Origin: an uncultured Bacteriovoracaceae bacterium
GTDB taxonomy: Bacteria > Bdellovibrionota > UBA2428
DNA length: 64,000 bases
Assembly: GCA_964407615.1 (NCBI GenBank)
Contig: CAYOWH010000007.1
Span: 844 to 64,843 of the forward strand
Direction of reading: 5' to 3'
Positions 1-10,379 of the stretch are shown here, one piece after another; the first letter of the stretch is position 1, and every line of letters begins with the position of its first letter. The notes below the pieces were generated by a model. The model was not told the DNA's origin. It did no database searches and was given only the letters and a program-made list of their open reading frames with translations. The position numbers and the translations under genes were made by a program.

Positions 1-711
1 TTCTCAAATGACGAGAGAGACGAGTATCCTGCAAACGCAAACTTTGAAAACACAATTACAGTGGCGGCAAGTGATGAAAGTGATGCAAAAACATCTTTTT
101 CAAACTTTGGTCGCAAAAGCGTTCATGTGGCAGCTCCTGGATTTAAAATCATGAGTACTTTGCCAGATAATAAGTATGCGCTCTTGAGCGGAACCTCCAT
201 GGCGACTCCTCTTGTGGCGGGTCTTGTTGCTTTGATGAAAGCTCAAAATAAAAATTTAACTGGAATGCAAGCAAGATCCATCATCCAGCAAACGGGTGTA
301 AAAACAGCGATTGAAACAGCTTGTAACTGCCGAATTGATGCGAGTGCTGCTATTGAAAGTTTGAAAAATGCTAAACCTGTTTTAGTTCCATATGCGTACA
401 CGCTCTCTCCAGGTGCCTCTGTGAAGTTTGAAATGTTAAACGCGAACGGGGCTGTTAGCTATACTTCTAGTAACCCACAAGTAGCTGCGATTGATAGCGC
501 AGGAAATTTAACAGCAAGTTCCGATGGTGAGACAAAGGTAACAGCTACGGATTCCGCTGGAACAAAGCTTGAGTCTGATAGCATCTTTGTATGGAAGCGT
601 TCTGAATCTTCCGGTGGTGGAGCGGGCGGTTGTCCATTGGGCGACCCTGCACTGTGCGATCTTCTCTGTAAGATCAGTCCTACATTGCCTTGGTGTAAAA
701 GCACAAAATAG
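1..711 (+). CDS. Subtilisin-like S8 serine peptidase, C-terminal part (5' end outside window), with Ig-like (Big_2-type) domain and Cys-rich tail
   Basis: Frame is open from base 1; catalytic Ser motif SGTSMATP, VHVAAPG motif, then Ig-like YTSSNPQVAAIDSAGNLTA segment. Confidence 0.9.
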   Translation, partial: FSNDERDEYPANANFENTITVAASDESDAKTSFSNFGRKSVHVAAPGFKIMSTLPDNKYALLSGTSMATPLVAGLVALMKAQNKNLTGMQARSIIQQTGVKTAIETACNCRIDASAAIESLKNAKPVLVPYAYTLSPGASVKFEMLNANGAVSYTSSNPQVAAIDSAGNLTASSDGETKVTATDSAGTKLESDSIFVWKRSESSGGGAGGCPLGDPALCDLLCKISPTLPWCKSTK

Positions 712-727
712 TCTTTAACTTTCTTTT

Positions 728-773
728 AAGGGCACTTTAGTTGATTGAAAAGATCATCTAAAGTGCCTTTTTA
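728..773 (+). terminator. Possible intrinsic terminator between the peptidase and nitroreductase genes
   Basis: GGCACTTTAG (731-740) pairs with CTAAAGTGCC (758-767), followed by a T run. Confidence 0.5.
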
Positions 774-775
774 TT

Positions 776-1417
776 ATGAACGAATCTGAATTACTTAAAA
801 TCCAAGAGTGGCGTTGTTCTGTTAAAAAATTTGATTCTAAGAAAAAAATTTCTCAATCAACGTGGTCTGCGATTGAGAAGGCTCTCGTTCTTTCTCCTTC
901 TTCTTACGGATTACAACCTTGGAAGTTCTTGGTTGTTACAAATCCCGAAATTCGAAAAAAATTAACTCCTCTTAGCTGGGGTCAGTCACAAGTAGAAGAT
1001 TGTTCTCATTTTGTTGTTTTTGCTTATCGCAACAAAATGGATGAGGCTTACGTTGAAAAATATGTAAAAGCCATTATGGAAACTCGCGCTCTTCCTGCTG
1101 AAAAACTTGAAGCTTATAAAAACATGATGGTGGGGGATATTGTGAAAGGTCCTCGCTCTGCAAAGGTTCAGGAGTGGGCTTCTCGTCAGGTTTATATAGC
1201 GCTTGGAAATTTTATGACTTCTGCTGCAATGGTGGGGGTAGATACTTGTCCGATGGAAGGTATTGATCCTGTAAAATACGATGAGGTTTTAGGTCTTGCA
1301 GGAACGGAATATTCTACTGTTGTTGCGTGTGCCGCTGGATATCGAGATGCAGAAGATGCTTATTCTAAACTGAAAAAGGTAAGGTTTTCGTCAGCTGAAG
1401 TTGTGAAAAACATCTAA
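776..1417 (+). CDS. NfsB-like NAD(P)H nitroreductase family protein
   Basis: Motifs RCSVKKF, SPSSYGLQPWKF, GVDTCPMEG. Confidence 0.9.
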   Translation: MNESELLKIQEWRCSVKKFDSKKKISQSTWSAIEKALVLSPSSYGLQPWKFLVVTNPEIRKKLTPLSWGQSQVEDCSHFVVFAYRNKMDEAYVEKYVKAIMETRALPAEKLEAYKNMMVGDIVKGPRSAKVQEWASRQVYIALGNFMTSAAMVGVDTCPMEGIDPVKYDEVLGLAGTEYSTVVACAAGYRDAEDAYSKLKKVRFSSAEVVKNI

Positions 1418-1418
1418 G

Positions 1419-1493
1419 TGGCGGTCCCAGCAGGAATCGAACCTACAATTACTCTTTAGGAAAGAGTCGTTATATCCATTTAACTATGGGACC
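1419..1493 (-). tRNA. tRNA-Arg (anticodon CCU), CCA encoded
   Basis: Reverse complement folds as a cloverleaf: acceptor GGTCCCA/TGGGACC, anticodon stem ACTCT/AGAGT with loop TTCCTAA, T-arm GTAGG-TTCGATT-CCTGC, 3' GCCA; 75 nt. Confidence 0.97.
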
Positions 1494-1608
1494 AGATTAA
1501 GCTTTTAATATAGCCGAGGATCTTGAACGCGACTAGCCGCAAAAATTTACCTGCATGGATTGACTCTGCTGGGCTTCTTTTTATTCTATGATTCTCAAGG
1601 AGATACTT

Positions 1609-1989
1609 ATGAATTTAAAGACTGTGTTGAATGTTGCTGCTTTTGGGTTAATGGTTGCTTGTTCTTCCTCAAATAAACCAGAGCAGAAATCTAATTTGAC
1701 CTTTGGAACGGTCAAAAAATCAATTGTAAAAGGAAAAACTTCTCAGTCTGAAATCGTTCAGCTTCTTGGGTCACCTAATATTGTTACAAAAAACTCAAAG
1801 GGTGAAGAGGTTTGGACTTACAGTAAGCAATCTTATGATTCTGAGTCAGGTGGTTTTGGTGGCGGTATTATTCTTTTTGGAGGATCTAAGGCGTTTAGCT
1901 CTTCTGCTTCTGCCTCTTTTGATTTAATTCTAACTTTTGATAAACGGGATATCGTTAAAGATTATTCTGTTGTTTCGTCGCAATTCTAA
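1609..1989 (+). CDS. Lipoprotein with BamE/SmpA-like domain
   Basis: SD AAGGAG before ATG 1609; lipobox MVAC; GKTSQSEIVQLLGSP and WTY pattern typical of the SmpA/OmlA fold. Confidence 0.7.
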   Translation: MNLKTVLNVAAFGLMVACSSSNKPEQKSNLTFGTVKKSIVKGKTSQSEIVQLLGSPNIVTKNSKGEEVWTYSKQSYDSESGGFGGGIILFGGSKAFSSSASASFDLILTFDKRDIVKDYSVVSSQF

Positions 1990-2018
1990 TTTTTTGATTT
2001 CAAAGTGGAGATTTAAAA

Positions 2019-2492
2019 ATGAAAAAAATAGTTGCTTTAAGTTTGTTGTTAGTTGCTTGTGCAGTGACTCCTGCGATGTCGCCTCAGCAAATTCGTGCGA
2101 TGCAAATGCGAAGCTTTGAAAGTACAAGTTACGAAAATGTTTTTCGTTCGTTGAAAACTGTCCTTCAAGACGAGGGCTATGTGATTAAGAATCAGGATAT
2201 GGCCGGTGGTTTGATTGTTGGAAGTATTCAAAAGACAGACAGCATGTCTGGCTTTAATATGGTTTTTAATGCTGGTAAAAACTATCGTACGGGTGAGAGT
2301 TATGAGGTGTCCGTCAATCTTGAAAAAATAGGCAAGACTGTTGAGACAAGAATGACCATACAAAAGATGGATTCATACAGTATGGGGGGCACACAAGGAA
2401 ATCCCATTTTAGATCCAGAAACATATAAAAATATTTACGAAAAAGTTTCTGTCGAAATTAAGCGAAGACAGGCTCAGGGAAAAGCAGGTTAA
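2019..2492 (+). CDS. Hypothetical lipoprotein
   Basis: SD-like GGAG, lipobox LVAC, co-oriented with neighbours. Confidence 0.75.
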   Translation: MKKIVALSLLLVACAVTPAMSPQQIRAMQMRSFESTSYENVFRSLKTVLQDEGYVIKNQDMAGGLIVGSIQKTDSMSGFNMVFNAGKNYRTGESYEVSVNLEKIGKTVETRMTIQKMDSYSMGGTQGNPILDPETYKNIYEKVSVEIKRRQAQGKAG

Positions 2493-2504
2493 AAGTCTTT
2501 TCTA

Positions 2505-3770
2505 GTGATTAAATTTTTTAGATCTTTTTCTAAAGAGCAATGGGCTTGGTCTTTTTACGATTGGGCTAATTCTGCTTTTGCAACGACAGTTCTTGCAGGG
2601 TTTTTTCCAATTTTTTTTAAAAAATACTACGCATCTCAACTTAATTTTACGCAATCCACAGCCTACTTAGGCTATGCGAATGCGCTTTCTTTGTTTTTAG
2701 TTGTCTTGGCTGCTCCCACATTAGGTCAGTTAAGTGATCGATCTCATGCCAAAAAAAGAATTTTATTTTTATTAACTTTTTTGGGAGCAGCAGCTTCTGT
2801 ATCGATGGGTTTTATTTTTGAAGGCGTTGTGTTTGGATCGCTAGCGGCTTTTATTTTAGCAAACTTTGCTTTTTCTACAGCCTGCGCACCCTACGACTCT
2901 CTTCTTGTAAGTGTTGCAAAAGATGAGGAAGCGGATCGAGTCTCTTCTCTGGGGTATGGCATGGGTTATTTGGGCGGAGGTCTGCTCTTTGCTTTGAATT
3001 TGTGGATGTATAAAAATCCTTCTTTTTTTGGGTTAGCAGACGGTGCCAGCGCTATTAAAGCTTCGTTTGTGACAGTTGGGTTATGGTGGCTCATTTTTAG
3101 TATTCCAACTTTAACAGTGGTTCAGGAAAATAATTTAGCGAATAAAAATGCTCATGATCATTCAAAAGAATCTGTACATGTATTTTTAAAAAGTATTTTT
3201 AATGTTTTTAGAGAAAGTAAAAATCTGGGATTTTTTCTTTTAGCTTATCTTCTTTATAACGATGGGGTCGGATCGGTGATTCGTATGGCTGTTGATTATG
3301 GAGTGAGTATAGGAATTGATTCGGGTGAATTGATGGTGGCTTTGCTGGCCGTCCAATTGATTGGTTTTCCTGCAACGATTTTAGTGGGGGGGCTCACTAA
3401 AAAAATCTCTCCTCGAAAAGTTATTTTTGCGATGATTGTAAATTATTTGATGATTATATGCTGGTCGAGTTTTTTGCACAGCAAGTGGGAATTCTTTTGT
3501 GTGGTATGTTTGCTTGCTTGTTCACAGGGTGCGATACAAGCTTTAAGTCGATCTTTTTTTATGAAATTAATTCCCAAAGAAAAGGCCGGAGAATATTTTG
3601 GCGTTTATAATCTTTTTGGTAAATTTTCTGGCATGCTTGGTTCAATCTTGATGGGTTCGGTGACTTGGCTTTCTGGAAGTCATCGCTTAGGCTTATTAAG
3701 TATAGCCTCTTTGTTTTTAGCAGGAGCTTTTCTGCTCAATAAAGTGAAGGGAAAAGCTATAGAAATTTAG
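2505..3770 (+). CDS. MFS transporter, UMF1/Atg22-like family
   Basis: N-terminal [15 protein letters not shown] motif; about 12 hydrophobic segments. Confidence 0.88.
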   Translation: MIKFFRSFSKEQWAWSFYDWANSAFATTVLAGFFPIFFKKYYASQLNFTQSTAYLGYANALSLFLVVLAAPTLGQLSDRSHAKKRILFLLTFLGAAASVSMGFIFEGVVFGSLAAFILANFAFSTACAPYDSLLVSVAKDEEADRVSSLGYGMGYLGGGLLFALNLWMYKNPSFFGLADGASAIKASFVTVGLWWLIFSIPTLTVVQENNLANKNAHDHSKESVHVFLKSIFNVFRESKNLGFFLLAYLLYNDGVGSVIRMAVDYGVSIGIDSGELMVALLAVQLIGFPATILVGGLTKKISPRKVIFAMIVNYLMIICWSSFLHSKWEFFCVVCLLACSQGAIQALSRSFFMKLIPKEKAGEYFGVYNLFGKFSGMLGSILMGSVTWLSGSHRLGLLSIASLFLAGAFLLNKVKGKAIEI

Positions 3771-3792
3771 CCTTGAGTTTTGGGGAGGAAGC

Positions 3793-5466
3793 ATGACGCA
3801 TCCATGGTACGCAAATTATCCTAAATCAGTTCCGCAAGAAGTTGATGTGGATTCTTTTAAGAATCTTATTGAGCTTTTTGAAAATAGTTTCAATCTTTAT
3901 AAGGACCGTCCTGCATTTACCTGTATGGGTAAAACAATGACTTATGGTGAGCTTGATCGCTTGAGCCTTGCTTTTGCGGCTTACCTCCAAAAATCACTTG
4001 GTCTTCGAAAAGGTGATCGAATTGCGATTCAGCTTCCAAATGTTTTACAATATCCGATTGCTTTGTACGGAGCTTTGAGAGCCGGTTTAATTGTTGTGAA
4101 TACAAATCCACTTTACACTCCTCGCGAGATGAAACACCAGTTTACAGACGCTGGCGTGAAAGCAGTTGTGATTCTTGCGAATTTTGCACACAACTTAGAA
4201 AAAATTCTTGAAGAAACTGGAATCCAACATGTGATCGTTACGGAGCTTGGAGATCAGCTTGGTCTTCTTAAAGGAAATATTGTCAATTTTGTAGTTAAGA
4301 AAATTAAAAAAATGGTTCCAGACTTTCGTCTTCCAAAAGCAATATCTTTTAGAAAGACTCTTTTAATCGGACGATTGCAACAGTTGGATCCTGCTCAAAT
4401 TGAATCAAGTGAAACTGCTTTTTTACAATACACAGGCGGAACAACAGGTGTCGCCAAAGGTGCTGTGCTCACTCATAGAAATGTGATTGCAAATTGTTTA
4501 CAAACGGCTGCTTGGATGGCTCCTGGAACAACAGGAATGGGTGATTTGATTGTGACAGCATTGCCTCTCTATCATATTTTTTCTTTGACGATTAATTGCC
4601 TAATGATGGGCAAACAGGGCGGTCATAATTTGTTGATTACAAATCCTCGAGATATTCCTGCCTTTATAAAAGAACTCTCCAAATACAAGTTTAATATTAT
4701 TACGGGAGTGAATACTCTTTTTAATGCGTTGATGAATCATCCGTCTTTTTCACAGCTTGATTTTTCTTATTTGAGACTATCTGTGGGTGGGGCGATGGCT
4801 GTTCAAAGTTCCGTGGCAAAAAGATGGAAGGAGATTACCGGCATACACATTATCGAGGGCTATGGGTTAACAGAAGCCTCTCCGGTTATTTGTTGCAATC
4901 GTGCGGACGGTTTTGAAAAAATTGGTTCCATCGGATATCCCATGCCTTCCACACATGTAAAAATTGTAGACGATGATGGGAAAGAAGTGGCTCATGGTCA
5001 GCCTGGAGAACTTTGTTGTAAGGGGCCTCAGGTCATGCAGGGCTATTGGCATCGTAAGGAAGAAACCGATAAAGTTTTTTATGGTGATTATCTCAGAACA
5101 GGTGATGTTGCCGTTATGGATCCCGATGGGTCTTTTCGAATTGTAGATCGTAAAAAAGACATGATTCTTGTTTCTGGCTTTAATGTATATCCAAGTGAAA
5201 TTGAAGAGGTCATAGCCGATCACCCTGGAGTTTTAGAGGTGGCTGCGGTGGGCGTTGCGGATGAAAAGTCCGGAGAGGCTGTTAAGGTCTTTATCGTCCG
5301 AAAAAATCCAGCTTTGAAAGCTGAAACAATAAAAGACTTTTGTCGAACACGCCTTACAGGGTATAAGATGCCCAAGTATGTTGAATTTAGAGAAGCCCTT
5401 CCCAAAACAAACGTTGGTAAAATCTTACGTCGTGAATTGCGGGATGAGGCTTTAAAAAATGGGTAG
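3793..5466 (+). CDS. fadD: Long-chain-fatty-acid--CoA ligase (FadD-like)
   Basis: AMP-binding [40 protein letters not shown]; SD GGGGAGG. Confidence 0.9.
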   Translation: MTHPWYANYPKSVPQEVDVDSFKNLIELFENSFNLYKDRPAFTCMGKTMTYGELDRLSLAFAAYLQKSLGLRKGDRIAIQLPNVLQYPIALYGALRAGLIVVNTNPLYTPREMKHQFTDAGVKAVVILANFAHNLEKILEETGIQHVIVTELGDQLGLLKGNIVNFVVKKIKKMVPDFRLPKAISFRKTLLIGRLQQLDPAQIESSETAFLQYTGGTTGVAKGAVLTHRNVIANCLQTAAWMAPGTTGMGDLIVTALPLYHIFSLTINCLMMGKQGGHNLLITNPRDIPAFIKELSKYKFNIITGVNTLFNALMNHPSFSQLDFSYLRLSVGGAMAVQSSVAKRWKEITGIHIIEGYGLTEASPVICCNRADGFEKIGSIGYPMPSTHVKIVDDDGKEVAHGQPGELCCKGPQVMQGYWHRKEETDKVFYGDYLRTGDVAVMDPDGSFRIVDRKKDMILVSGFNVYPSEIEEVIADHPGVLEVAAVGVADEKSGEAVKVFIVRKNPALKAETIKDFCRTRLTGYKMPKYVEFREALPKTNVGKILRRELRDEALKNG

Positions 5467-6160
5467 AGGCTGGGTCCACGGAATACGTGAAGCGTCTTCT
5501 GCAAAAAAGGGTAAGCTTTTTACAAAAATTGCAAAAGAAATTTCGGTTGCTGTTCGAACAGGTGGAAGTAAAGATCCTAATTCAAACGCTCGTCTAAGGC
5601 TGGCTCTTCGCGAAGCTCAAAAAAACTCGATGCCTAAAGACACGGTTGAGCGAGCTATCAAACGTGGAGCGGGTGAAACCCAAGAAGGGCAATTAGATGA
5701 GATTGTTTATGAGGCTTATGGAGCGTTTGGAATTCCCGTTCTCGTAGAAGTTCTGACAGACAACAAAAACAGAACCGTTCAAGATTTACGTGCGATTTTC
5801 GTGCGTGGTGGTGGTGCTTTGGGTGAGCCGGGTTCTGTGATGTGGAACTTTGATCATGTTTGTTCTGTGCTGGCAAAAGATTCCAAGAATCGTGATGCGG
5901 AAGAGGCTGCGATTAATGTTGGCGCGAATGAAGTTTCTTCTCTTGATGAGGGAGTGTTTCAGTTTATTGGAGATAAAAACGACCTTGATTCTATTCAAGA
6001 GGGTCTTACGAAAGAAGGCTGGGAAGTTTTAAAGGCGGAGATTATTTATAAGCCTAAGGCGCCAGCAGAATTAAAGCCTGATCAAGAAGAAATGCTCGAA
6101 AAACTTAATGAAAATTTGAACGACCACGACGATGTCAAACGTGTTCACTTCGCCCTATAA
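5459..6160 (+). CDS. YebC/PmpR family protein
   Basis: [49 protein letters not shown] motifs. Confidence 0.92.
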   Translation: MGRGWVHGIREASSAKKGKLFTKIAKEISVAVRTGGSKDPNSNARLRLALREAQKNSMPKDTVERAIKRGAGETQEGQLDEIVYEAYGAFGIPVLVEVLTDNKNRTVQDLRAIFVRGGGALGEPGSVMWNFDHVCSVLAKDSKNRDAEEAAINVGANEVSSLDEGVFQFIGDKNDLDSIQEGLTKEGWEVLKAEIIYKPKAPAELKPDQEEMLEKLNENLNDHDDVKRVHFAL

Positions 6161-7193
6161 GATTTCAAAATCTTTCAATTTTTCAGATATCCCTCGTGCG
6201 AGGTGGATGCTTGTTATCGATCGTAATTTTGAACAAAAATTTCAAAAAAAGATTATTCAACTAAAAAAAAACTATCCCTCTGTGAGCCTTGTCGCGGGTG
6301 AAAATTTAAAAAAATTCTCCTCTCTTGAAAAGTTATCAAAAAAAATTATCCGCTATGAAGAAAAACATGGACGTATTGAGGGCATCGTTGCAATGGGTGG
6401 GGGAAGTCTCGGTGATACAGCTGGATTTTTAGCAAGTATTTATCGAAGAGGAATTCGTCTTATTCATGTCCCAACTACCTATCTTTCAGTGATCGACTCT
6501 GCTTTTGGTGGAAAAACAGCAGTCAATGCGAGTGGTGCTAAGAATCAGCTAGGAACCTTTTACCCTGCAGAAAAAGTTTTAATCGTTAAAGATTTTTTGC
6601 CAAAAGATTTTTCTAAAATTGAAGAAGCTTGGGCTGAGTTATTTAAGATTGCTTTATTAGACTTAAAGCTCTGGAAAAAAATATCAAAAGTTTCAAAGAT
6701 CAATAAAAAAGATTTTTGGGCTCTTTCTCCTCAAGCGATTGATCTGAAACAAAAAATTGTTCAAAGAGATCCGTTTGAAAAAAGAGGATTGAGAAAGTTT
6801 CTCAATTTAGGACACACGTTTGGACATGTTTTTGAGGCAAGTTCACTTTCCGCACGATCTAGAATTTCGCATGGACAGGCAGTAGCTTTGGGAATTTATT
6901 TTGAAAATGAATTTTTGTACTCTCAAAAAAGCATAGCTTTACGAGATTATCGAGAGATTAAAAGTCTTTGGGAACGACATTTCTCACTTAAAAAATTATT
7001 AAGCTCGGAAGCTATAAGGTGGTCTAAACCTTTGTTTAAGCAGCTTCTTTTAAAAGACAAGAAAAACACGTCTTTGAAAGTACAGATCGTTTGTCTAAGC
7101 CCTATAGGCCGACCCCACATAAAAGAGTTTGATTCAGATCAGATAATCGACTTTTTATGGGGACAGTGGTTGAAATCTCATCAAGCTCTTTAG
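6132..7193 (+). CDS. aroB: 3-dehydroquinate synthase
   Basis: GGGSLGD, PTTYLSVIDSAFGGKT, KNQLGTF, LNLGHTFGH, HGQAVALG; start uncertain. Confidence 0.85.
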   Translation: MSNVFTSPYKISKSFNFSDIPRARWMLVIDRNFEQKFQKKIIQLKKNYPSVSLVAGENLKKFSSLEKLSKKIIRYEEKHGRIEGIVAMGGGSLGDTAGFLASIYRRGIRLIHVPTTYLSVIDSAFGGKTAVNASGAKNQLGTFYPAEKVLIVKDFLPKDFSKIEEAWAELFKIALLDLKLWKKISKVSKINKKDFWALSPQAIDLKQKIVQRDPFEKRGLRKFLNLGHTFGHVFEASSLSARSRISHGQAVALGIYFENEFLYSQKSIALRDYREIKSLWERHFSLKKLLSSEAIRWSKPLFKQLLLKDKKNTSLKVQIVCLSPIGRPHIKEFDSDQIIDFLWGQWLKSHQAL

Positions 7194-8386
7194 CCTCTTC
7201 TAAATCGCTTTTGAATCGAGCGTTGATTGTTCGCTCTTTTTTCCCTCAACTAAAAATCGATTTTAATCGTGAGTTTTTAGGGGATGATGTCATTCATCTA
7301 CAAAAGTCGCTGAACGAATTTGAGAAGAAAAAAACTTTTAACTGTGGCGAAGGAGCGGCTCCTTTAAGGTTTCTTGCAGTTAGATTGAGTCGTCTGAAAG
7401 GCAACTTTGAGATTGAGGGTTCACCACGCCTTTTCTCGCGTCCACATGAATCTCTTGTGAGTGTCCTTTCTCAATTAGGATGTCGTTATATAACTTTAAA
7501 AGAAAATAGTCTGAGTTTTGAGTCACTTGGTAAGTGGCCTTCTTCTGTCACTCTCTCTACCGACCAGACAAGCCAAGTTTATTCGGCTTTGCTTTTGTCA
7601 TCATGGCTGCTCCCACAAGATTTTGAAATACACGTGTCTTCTTTTATGGCCTCTGAATCTTATGCTCAAATGACAGAGTCGATGCTTGAAAGAATGGGAT
7701 TGTGTTTTGAAAAAAAAATCGGTTCTATTCGAGTAAAGCCTTTTCAAAAAGTTAAAGAGGAACCTTTTTTTGTTGAGCCTGATATGAGTTGTGCGGCTGC
7801 AGTTGCGGCTCTAGGTCTTATCAAAAAAGGTGTTGTTTTAAGGGGCCTGCCAGAAAGATCCTTACAGGGAGATAAGCTTTTTTTTGAATTACTTTCTTCA
7901 ATGGGCGCTGATTTTTTGATCTCAAATGAGGAACACAAAAAAATAAATATTACAATTCATCCTTCGCTGCTTGTTGGCATCGATGTGAATTTATCATCGA
8001 CTCCTGATTTGTTTCCCGTCTTAGCAGCCTTGGCAGCGCGAGCTATTTCGAAAAGTACATTTCGAGGATTAGAAAATTTAAACGTTAAAGAATCACCAAG
8101 GCTTCAGCGTATCCATGAACTTTTATCGGTTTTGGGAGTGAAGTCAGATATATTAAAAAACAGCGAAAATTTATCTTCTTTGGCGTTTGAGGTGCATCCC
8201 GCCTCTTTTTCTCAGCAGCTATGGCCCTCTAAAGAGATTCTTTTTTCAACAGACAATGATCATCGTCTTGCCATGGCGGCTGCTATTTTGAAGCTCGCAG
8301 GAGCTCCTTTGAGTATCTTAAATCCTGACTGCGTTCAAAAAAGCTTCCCTAATTTTTGGGGTATTTTTCAAAAATTCGATCTTTAA
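7157..8386 (+). CDS. aroA: EPSP synthase (3-phosphoshikimate 1-carboxyvinyltransferase)
   Basis: SKSLLNRAL, SRP, TSQVYSA, EPDMS, PDLFP, VKESPR, DHRLAM and KSFP active-site motifs. Confidence 0.88.
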   Translation: MGTVVEISSSSLASSKSLLNRALIVRSFFPQLKIDFNREFLGDDVIHLQKSLNEFEKKKTFNCGEGAAPLRFLAVRLSRLKGNFEIEGSPRLFSRPHESLVSVLSQLGCRYITLKENSLSFESLGKWPSSVTLSTDQTSQVYSALLLSSWLLPQDFEIHVSSFMASESYAQMTESMLERMGLCFEKKIGSIRVKPFQKVKEEPFFVEPDMSCAAAVAALGLIKKGVVLRGLPERSLQGDKLFFELLSSMGADFLISNEEHKKINITIHPSLLVGIDVNLSSTPDLFPVLAALAARAISKSTFRGLENLNVKESPRLQRIHELLSVLGVKSDILKNSENLSSLAFEVHPASFSQQLWPSKEILFSTDNDHRLAMAAAILKLAGAPLSILNPDCVQKSFPNFWGIFQKFDL

Positions 8387-8487
8387 AAGTTCGTTTTTAA
8401 ATCAATCCGCAGAGCGCATCAAAATAGAGGATGTTTTTTTGCCGAATTTATTTTTCGATATTCTAATGAAACATGGATGGAGGGTTT

Positions 8488-9090
8488 ATGTCTAAAAACT
8501 TACGGGGAAAAATCATCGGACTTTTAGTGGAAGAAGGTTTTGATCAAGTTGAGCTTGAAAAAACTAAGAAATTTTTTGAAGAAGTAGGAGCAATCGTTGA
8601 AATTGTTTCTCCTAACAAAAAGAAAAGTGTGAGAGCTTGGAAGGGAAAAAATTGGGGCGATGATTTTGAAGTTGATGTTTTTTTAGAGGAGGCGCGAGCA
8701 GAAGATTATGATTCTTTAGTGATTCCAGGAGGTGTTTTGAGCCTAGACATGCTTCGAAAAGATTCTCGTTCCTCTGAATTTGTAAAAGAGTTTTTGATAT
8801 CAGGAAAGCCGGTAGGTGCCCTTTCTCATGGTCAATCTTTGTTGATTGATACTGAAATTTTAGAGGGAAGAACAGTTACGTCCCATCCCTCTATTCAGTT
8901 TGATTTAATCAATGCACGCGCAAAGTGGGTAGATGAAGAAGTTGTTTCTGATAAAGGAATTGTGACGTGTCGAGGAGTTTATGATGTTCACCCTTTTTGT
9001 AAAAAAATGACTGAGGAAATTTCAATGGGTATTCAAAAAAAACAAGCAGAGCTTGCTCAGGATCAGCTGAGAAGTCATAGCATCATGTAA
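8488..9090 (+). CDS. PfpI/DJ-1 family (type 1 glutamine amidotransferase-like) protein with nucleophile Cys replaced by Ser
   Basis: SD GGAGG before ATG 8488; GFDQVEL, YDSLVIPGG, GRTVTS, WVDEEVVSD; ALSHGQ where the family has AICHGP. Confidence 0.85.
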   Translation: MSKNLRGKIIGLLVEEGFDQVELEKTKKFFEEVGAIVEIVSPNKKKSVRAWKGKNWGDDFEVDVFLEEARAEDYDSLVIPGGVLSLDMLRKDSRSSEFVKEFLISGKPVGALSHGQSLLIDTEILEGRTVTSHPSIQFDLINARAKWVDEEVVSDKGIVTCRGVYDVHPFCKKMTEEISMGIQKKQAELAQDQLRSHSIM

Positions 9091-9112
9091 ATCTTTTATT
9101 GAACGTCTACTT

Positions 9113-10369
9113 TTAAAGGGCTGCTTCAGGGGGTCGCAAAATACTCTGCTTTTGGGATTCAGACATGACTTCATGGTAGCAATCCAAAAAGCGCTCAGTC
9201 ATTGTTGAGTCATCCCCTACATATCCAAGACTTATTCTTAGAAGTCCGGGTGAAAGGCCCATTTCATTTCGTTCTTCTTCGGGTATCTCGCTTGATGTGC
9301 TCAAAGCAGGGCAACAGAGTAAGGTGCGAGAAAAACCAAGAGAAACCGCATAAAGGCCAAAGTTTTTGCTTTGAAGTTTTGCAGCCAATTGAAGAACTTT
9401 TTCGGGTGTTTTGCAGTCAATTGTGAGCATTCCACCAAATCCAAAATTATTCATTTGCTCAGAAAAAGTTTTATTTTGAGCATGAGTCGTTAATCCGGGA
9501 TAGATGACAGGGATTTTTTCTTTTACGAGCTCTTCAGCAAAATATTGAGCAGACTGAGAGTGCGCTTTCATCCGAACTCCTAGGTGGTCTAGTCGTAGAT
9601 AAAGTTCATGAGCAACTCTTGGATCCATGACGGGCCCTAAGAGCATGGCCATGCCACTGTTAACGTCTTTGAGCTTTTTAATGAATTCTCCGCTTGCCAC
9701 AACCGCTCCGGCGGTAAGATCACTTGAGCCAGAAATGTATTTTGTACAGGAGTAAACGACGATATCTGCACCCCATTTTGCAGGAGAGTAGATAAGGGGG
9801 GTAAAAGTATTGTCGACTATCAGAGTGAGATTGTTTTTTTTGGCAATTATTGAAAGGCTTTGGATGTCACAAAAATTTAGAAGGGGATTGCTTAGAGTTT
9901 CGGTATAAAAAGCGCAAGTATTTTTTTGAATTGCTTTTTCGAAAGCAATAGGATCATTTGAGTCTACAAAAGTAACTTCAATACCCCACTTGGGTAAAAT
10001 ATTCTGAAAAAAAGCAAAGGTTCCACCGTAAACAGTTTTTGAAGCTACTATGTGGCCACCCTTGGGAGTTATTTGAAGAATTGCGCAGGTGATCGCAGCC
10101 ATCCCACTTGCAAATCCGTGAGCGTCTTCCATTCCCTCCATCGCGGCAAGTTTTTTTGCAAAAGCACTGACGCTTGGATTTGAGTGTCGGCTATACAGAT
10201 AACAGCCTTCTAACTCTCCTTGAAAAGTTTTGACCATGTCTAGAGGATTTAAAAAAGTTGAAGTAGCAGCTACATCAATAACGGGAACGACTCCTCCTTC
10301 TTCGCCAAAGTGTTGAATGTCTCGCATTCTTTGAAGGGGGTGCGTAGAGGGAGTGATGTTTGTTGCCAT
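9113..10369 (-). CDS. PLP-dependent Cys/Met metabolism enzyme, methionine gamma-lyase-like
   Basis: YSRHSNP, SGMAAI, VDNTF, SCTKYISG (PLP lysine), GLLRISLG. Confidence 0.82.
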   Translation of the reverse strand: MATNITPSTHPLQRMRDIQHFGEEGGVVPVIDVAATSTFLNPLDMVKTFQGELEGCYLYSRHSNPSVSAFAKKLAAMEGMEDAHGFASGMAAITCAILQITPKGGHIVASKTVYGGTFAFFQNILPKWGIEVTFVDSNDPIAFEKAIQKNTCAFYTETLSNPLLNFCDIQSLSIIAKKNNLTLIVDNTFTPLIYSPAKWGADIVVYSCTKYISGSSDLTAGAVVASGEFIKKLKDVNSGMAMLLGPVMDPRVAHELYLRLDHLGVRMKAHSQSAQYFAEELVKEKIPVIYPGLTTHAQNKTFSEQMNNFGFGGMLTIDCKTPEKVLQLAAKLQSKNFGLYAVSLGFSRTLLCCPALSTSSEIPEEERNEMGLSPGLLRISLGYVGDDSTMTERFLDCYHEVMSESQKQSILRPPEAAL

Positions 10370-10379
10370 TACATTTTTT

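Noticed and set aside
1419-1493. tRNA-Arg as an island integration site
   Set aside because: No duplicated 3' fragment or integrase; a housekeeping gene abuts its 3' end.
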